The notes below the pieces were generated by a model. That model searched no databases. It was not told where the DNA came from and was given only the letters and a program-made list of their open reading frames with translations. Below, piece after piece: positions 22,322 to 24,000 of a stretch of DNA of 24,000 nt (position 1 is the first letter of the stretch; every line of letters begins with the position of its first letter). The stretch is taken from contig CAZYLT010000004.1 in assembly GCA_964648855.1 (NCBI GenBank), forward strand, positions 19,190 to 43,189, in the 5' to 3' direction. The stretch comes from an uncultured archaeon (GTDB lineage: Archaea; Asgardarchaeota; Thorarchaeia; Thorarchaeales; Thorarchaeaceae). The position numbers and the translations under genes are program-made.

Positions 22322-23656
22322 TTAATAGTGTTCTAGAAAACGTCTGAGTTCCTTGCAGCCCTTATGAATACTATCTACTAGATTCTTGAGTAATGATTTG
22401 GTTTCAGGAAACTTGGTTTTTATCCGGTTTAGTGATTGTATTGCGTAGTTTCTTAGGTTGTCATTCTTTGTTGCGCAAATTGTTTCAGCCAAAAGGCTAA
22501 CTGCAGATTCATGATAGTAATTGCCTAACGCAATTATTCCCAAACTCGAGATACGATAATCATCTGCTGCAACCATTTTTTCCAAAGATAAGACAGAATC
22601 GATGGATCGTATAAACAAATGATTGGATAACTGCGTGGTTATCTTGGAATACTTCTGCGAGTTGTATTCTGAATTGAATTCATCAACGGATTCTTCAAGT
22701 AAATAGTTCATAAGTGGTATTGCATTTCGACTTCCAAGCTGTGCGAGCATCATAGTGTCCTGGTCAATCATTGCTTTTAGCAGTGATTGATAATCATCAT
22801 TCAAAGGGGGAGATAGATTCTTTGTGAGTCGATTTTTCATGATTTTATCCCGGACACGTTGTGATACTGGTAATACAGATAATACCATGTCGAGTGTCTC
22901 TTTGTCGGCTTTGCTCCCAGGTATTCCGAGGGTGCACAGAGCAATTCTTCCATATTCTGTATACCATAATGATGAGATGTCGATCGAGTGGGATGGAGAA
23001 ATCAAGGAAATTGACGAGAGATTATTCTCCATCTCTTGATGGATTTGATTTACGAGATTGTTTTCAAGGCAAGACGCCGCAGCATCGGTATCAATGAAAA
23101 GGAAATTGGATTTCTTCAAGTGATGGTGAAGTTCTTCATTGACTATTTTCTTGAATAGTATCTCTGCATTCGCAATTGAATGTGCATCATGGAGTTTTGA
23201 GATTATGGCTGAAGTTTCCATGTCTATTGCTTCTATTCCCTGACAACCGAATATAGAGAAAAGTACTTCACGGAACTTGAGCGGTTCTATTCTTCTTGTC
23301 TTTTTTCCTGTCAGTGGTGGAATCTCATAATCCCTATTCATAGAATTTTCCAGATAGTCCAGAGCTACGTCCCAGCTGTCCTTTAGTTCAATACCAACAA
23401 GGAAGTCAATTAGATCTCTAACGCGCCTCTCTCCTATGGAATTCGTTATTGCCTTACTGAGTTCAACTTGTGATAGCTGCTGGATTTTCTTTCGTACCTG
23501 TTCCTGCAATCGTTCGCGTGCCTTACTGTAATCCAATCTCTGTTCACTGCCAATTTCTATATGCCGATTGCATATTAAAACAAGGTCAGTATTCAAGATA
23601 AGAAAGCCGTTTATTATTTGTATTACAAATAATAATGAACTCCGTACAATTCTCAA
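22322..23656 (-). CDS. Orphan all-alpha hypothetical protein with C-terminal HEAT/PBS-lyase-like repeats
   Basis: The long ORF runs 22322-23656. The true start is probably TTG 23536 (404 aa) rather than TTG 23656, as explained in the findings. IIALGNYYHESAVSLLAETICATKNDNLRNYAIQSLNRI fits the HEAT-like pattern aLGxxxxxxAVxxLxxxLxxxxxxVRxxAxxaL. Spot counts suggest it is AT-richer than its neighbours. Confidence 0.62.
   Translation of the reverse strand: MRIVRSSLLFVIQIINGFLILNTDLVLICNRHIEIGSEQRLDYSKARERLQEQVRKKIQQLSQVELSKAITNSIGERRVRDLIDFLVGIELKDSWDVALDYLENSMNRDYEIPPLTGKKTRRIEPLKFREVLFSIFGCQGIEAIDMETSAIISKLHDAHSIANAEILFKKIVNEELHHHLKKSNFLFIDTDAAASCLENNLVNQIHQEMENNLSSISLISPSHSIDISSLWYTEYGRIALCTLGIPGSKADKETLDMVLSVLPVSQRVRDKIMKNRLTKNLSPPLNDDYQSLLKAMIDQDTMMLAQLGSRNAIPLMNYLLEESVDEFNSEYNSQKYSKITTQLSNHLFIRSIDSVLSLEKMVAADDYRISSLGIIALGNYYHESAVSLLAETICATKNDNLRNYAIQSLNRIKTKFPETKSLLKNLVDSIHKGCKELRRFLEHY
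23611..23635. promoter_or_regulatory. Perfect 25-bp palindrome TTATTATTTGTA-T-TACAAATAATAA (extended form of the TTGTA-W-TACAA box)
   Basis: The 12-bp arms are exact reverse complements. It lies downstream of a highly AT-rich TATA-like stretch (23663-23693) and upstream of the preferred start at 23536. Confidence 0.5.
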
Positions 23657-24000
23657 TCTATCTAATTTATTATTATTAAATTATTACATATAATAGTGGC
23701 AAAAAGGCTTGTTCTATGATTAGAACTATGTATCAATGTATTCCTATATAGAGTGAGTGTGTCGTGAAGTAATGATTGAATGCTGGTGTCGAAACTTGTT
23801 TCATAAGCCACAGATCCCGGCCTTCATTGCTATCTCTATCTCCTCATACAAATATACCTCCAAGTAGATACAATGTAGGTACGACTGTGCAGAACAGCTC
23901 GTCACTTATGAGTTCGGTCACAAAACACGACACATTCGTGCCAATTTTTTTCACGTTCACTAGAGCCTGTGTACTAATACACATAGTGTTTCCAAAACAC

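Noticed and set aside
22233-23760. Replication origin: an ORC-like ATPase nearby, AT-rich stretches at 22250-22320 and 23640-23700, and GGCAGTGAAC faintly resembling mini-ORB CAGTGGAAAC
   Set aside because: The ATPase lacks Orc1/Cdc6 hallmarks (GTGKT P-loop, winged helix). The two 10-mers are in direct rather than inverted orientation, 1.3 kb apart, and both sit just upstream of start codons. The AT-rich stretches are short promoter-sized regions.
23776-24000. Open frames on both strands at the 3' edge: + strand from TTG 23776 or ATG 23908 to the window end, and minus strand entering from beyond 24000 and stopping at 23844
   Set aside because: They are mutually exclusive. Neither has a recognisable motif or SD, and both are too short and truncated to call. 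More sequence is needed.
1-24000. Mobile element or genomic island integrated at one of the five tRNA genes; CRISPR arrays
   Set aside because: No integrase, transposase, tRNA 3'-end direct repeat, or regularly spaced repeat array was seen on either strand.

Overview
This is an archaeal chromosomal segment. The archaeal assignment rests on GatD/GatE, PAN, TFE, aMBF1, archaeal NAC, EndA, Taw2/Trm5 and intron-containing tRNAs. All calls come from reading the sequence and the supplied ORF track and from remembered family motifs; no searches were run. The window is compact and mostly housekeeping. Genes are often preceded by a GGAGGTGA-like Shine-Dalgarno motif, and GTG or TTG starts are frequent. 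In order, it contains tRNA-Leu, a GH1 beta-glucosidase, a UPF0016/GDT1 transporter, gatD-gatE, tRNA-Met and pgk. These are followed by aMBF1, a tfe / S1-like protein / TlyA-like methyltransferase cluster, and tRNA-Val. On the minus strand come mtnA and a hydrogenase-maturation-type protease. Then come endA translationally coupled to a PilT/PhoH-like ATPase, tRNA-Arg, rpiA (-), and a small basic ORF (-). A membrane-anchored protein with a long GPP-rich repeat (-) follows, and then tRNA-Thr, PAN, Taw2/Trm5 and NAC. The last 5 kb looks accessory. It holds a small 3-TM protein (-), an AAA+ P-loop ATPase coupled to a ribbon-helix-helix protein, acdA (-), and an AT-rich orphan gene for a HEAT-like repeat protein (-). 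Four points stand out. (1) All five tRNA genes encode CCA and four carry introns: tRNA-Met has two, and tRNA-Arg and tRNA-Thr are interrupted in the D-arm. The EndA encoded here has no histidine anywhere in its catalytic domain. (2) A palindromic box TTGTA-W-TACAA recurs only in the intergenic regions of the last 5 kb, upstream of the ATPase-RHH operon, acdA and the HEAT-like gene. This suggests a small local regulon, with the RHH protein as a candidate regulator. (3) A cytoplasm-facing, membrane-tethered proline-rich repeat protein is present. (4) The Leu and Met tRNA introns share an 11-mer. No CRISPR array, transposase, integrase or rRNA was seen.
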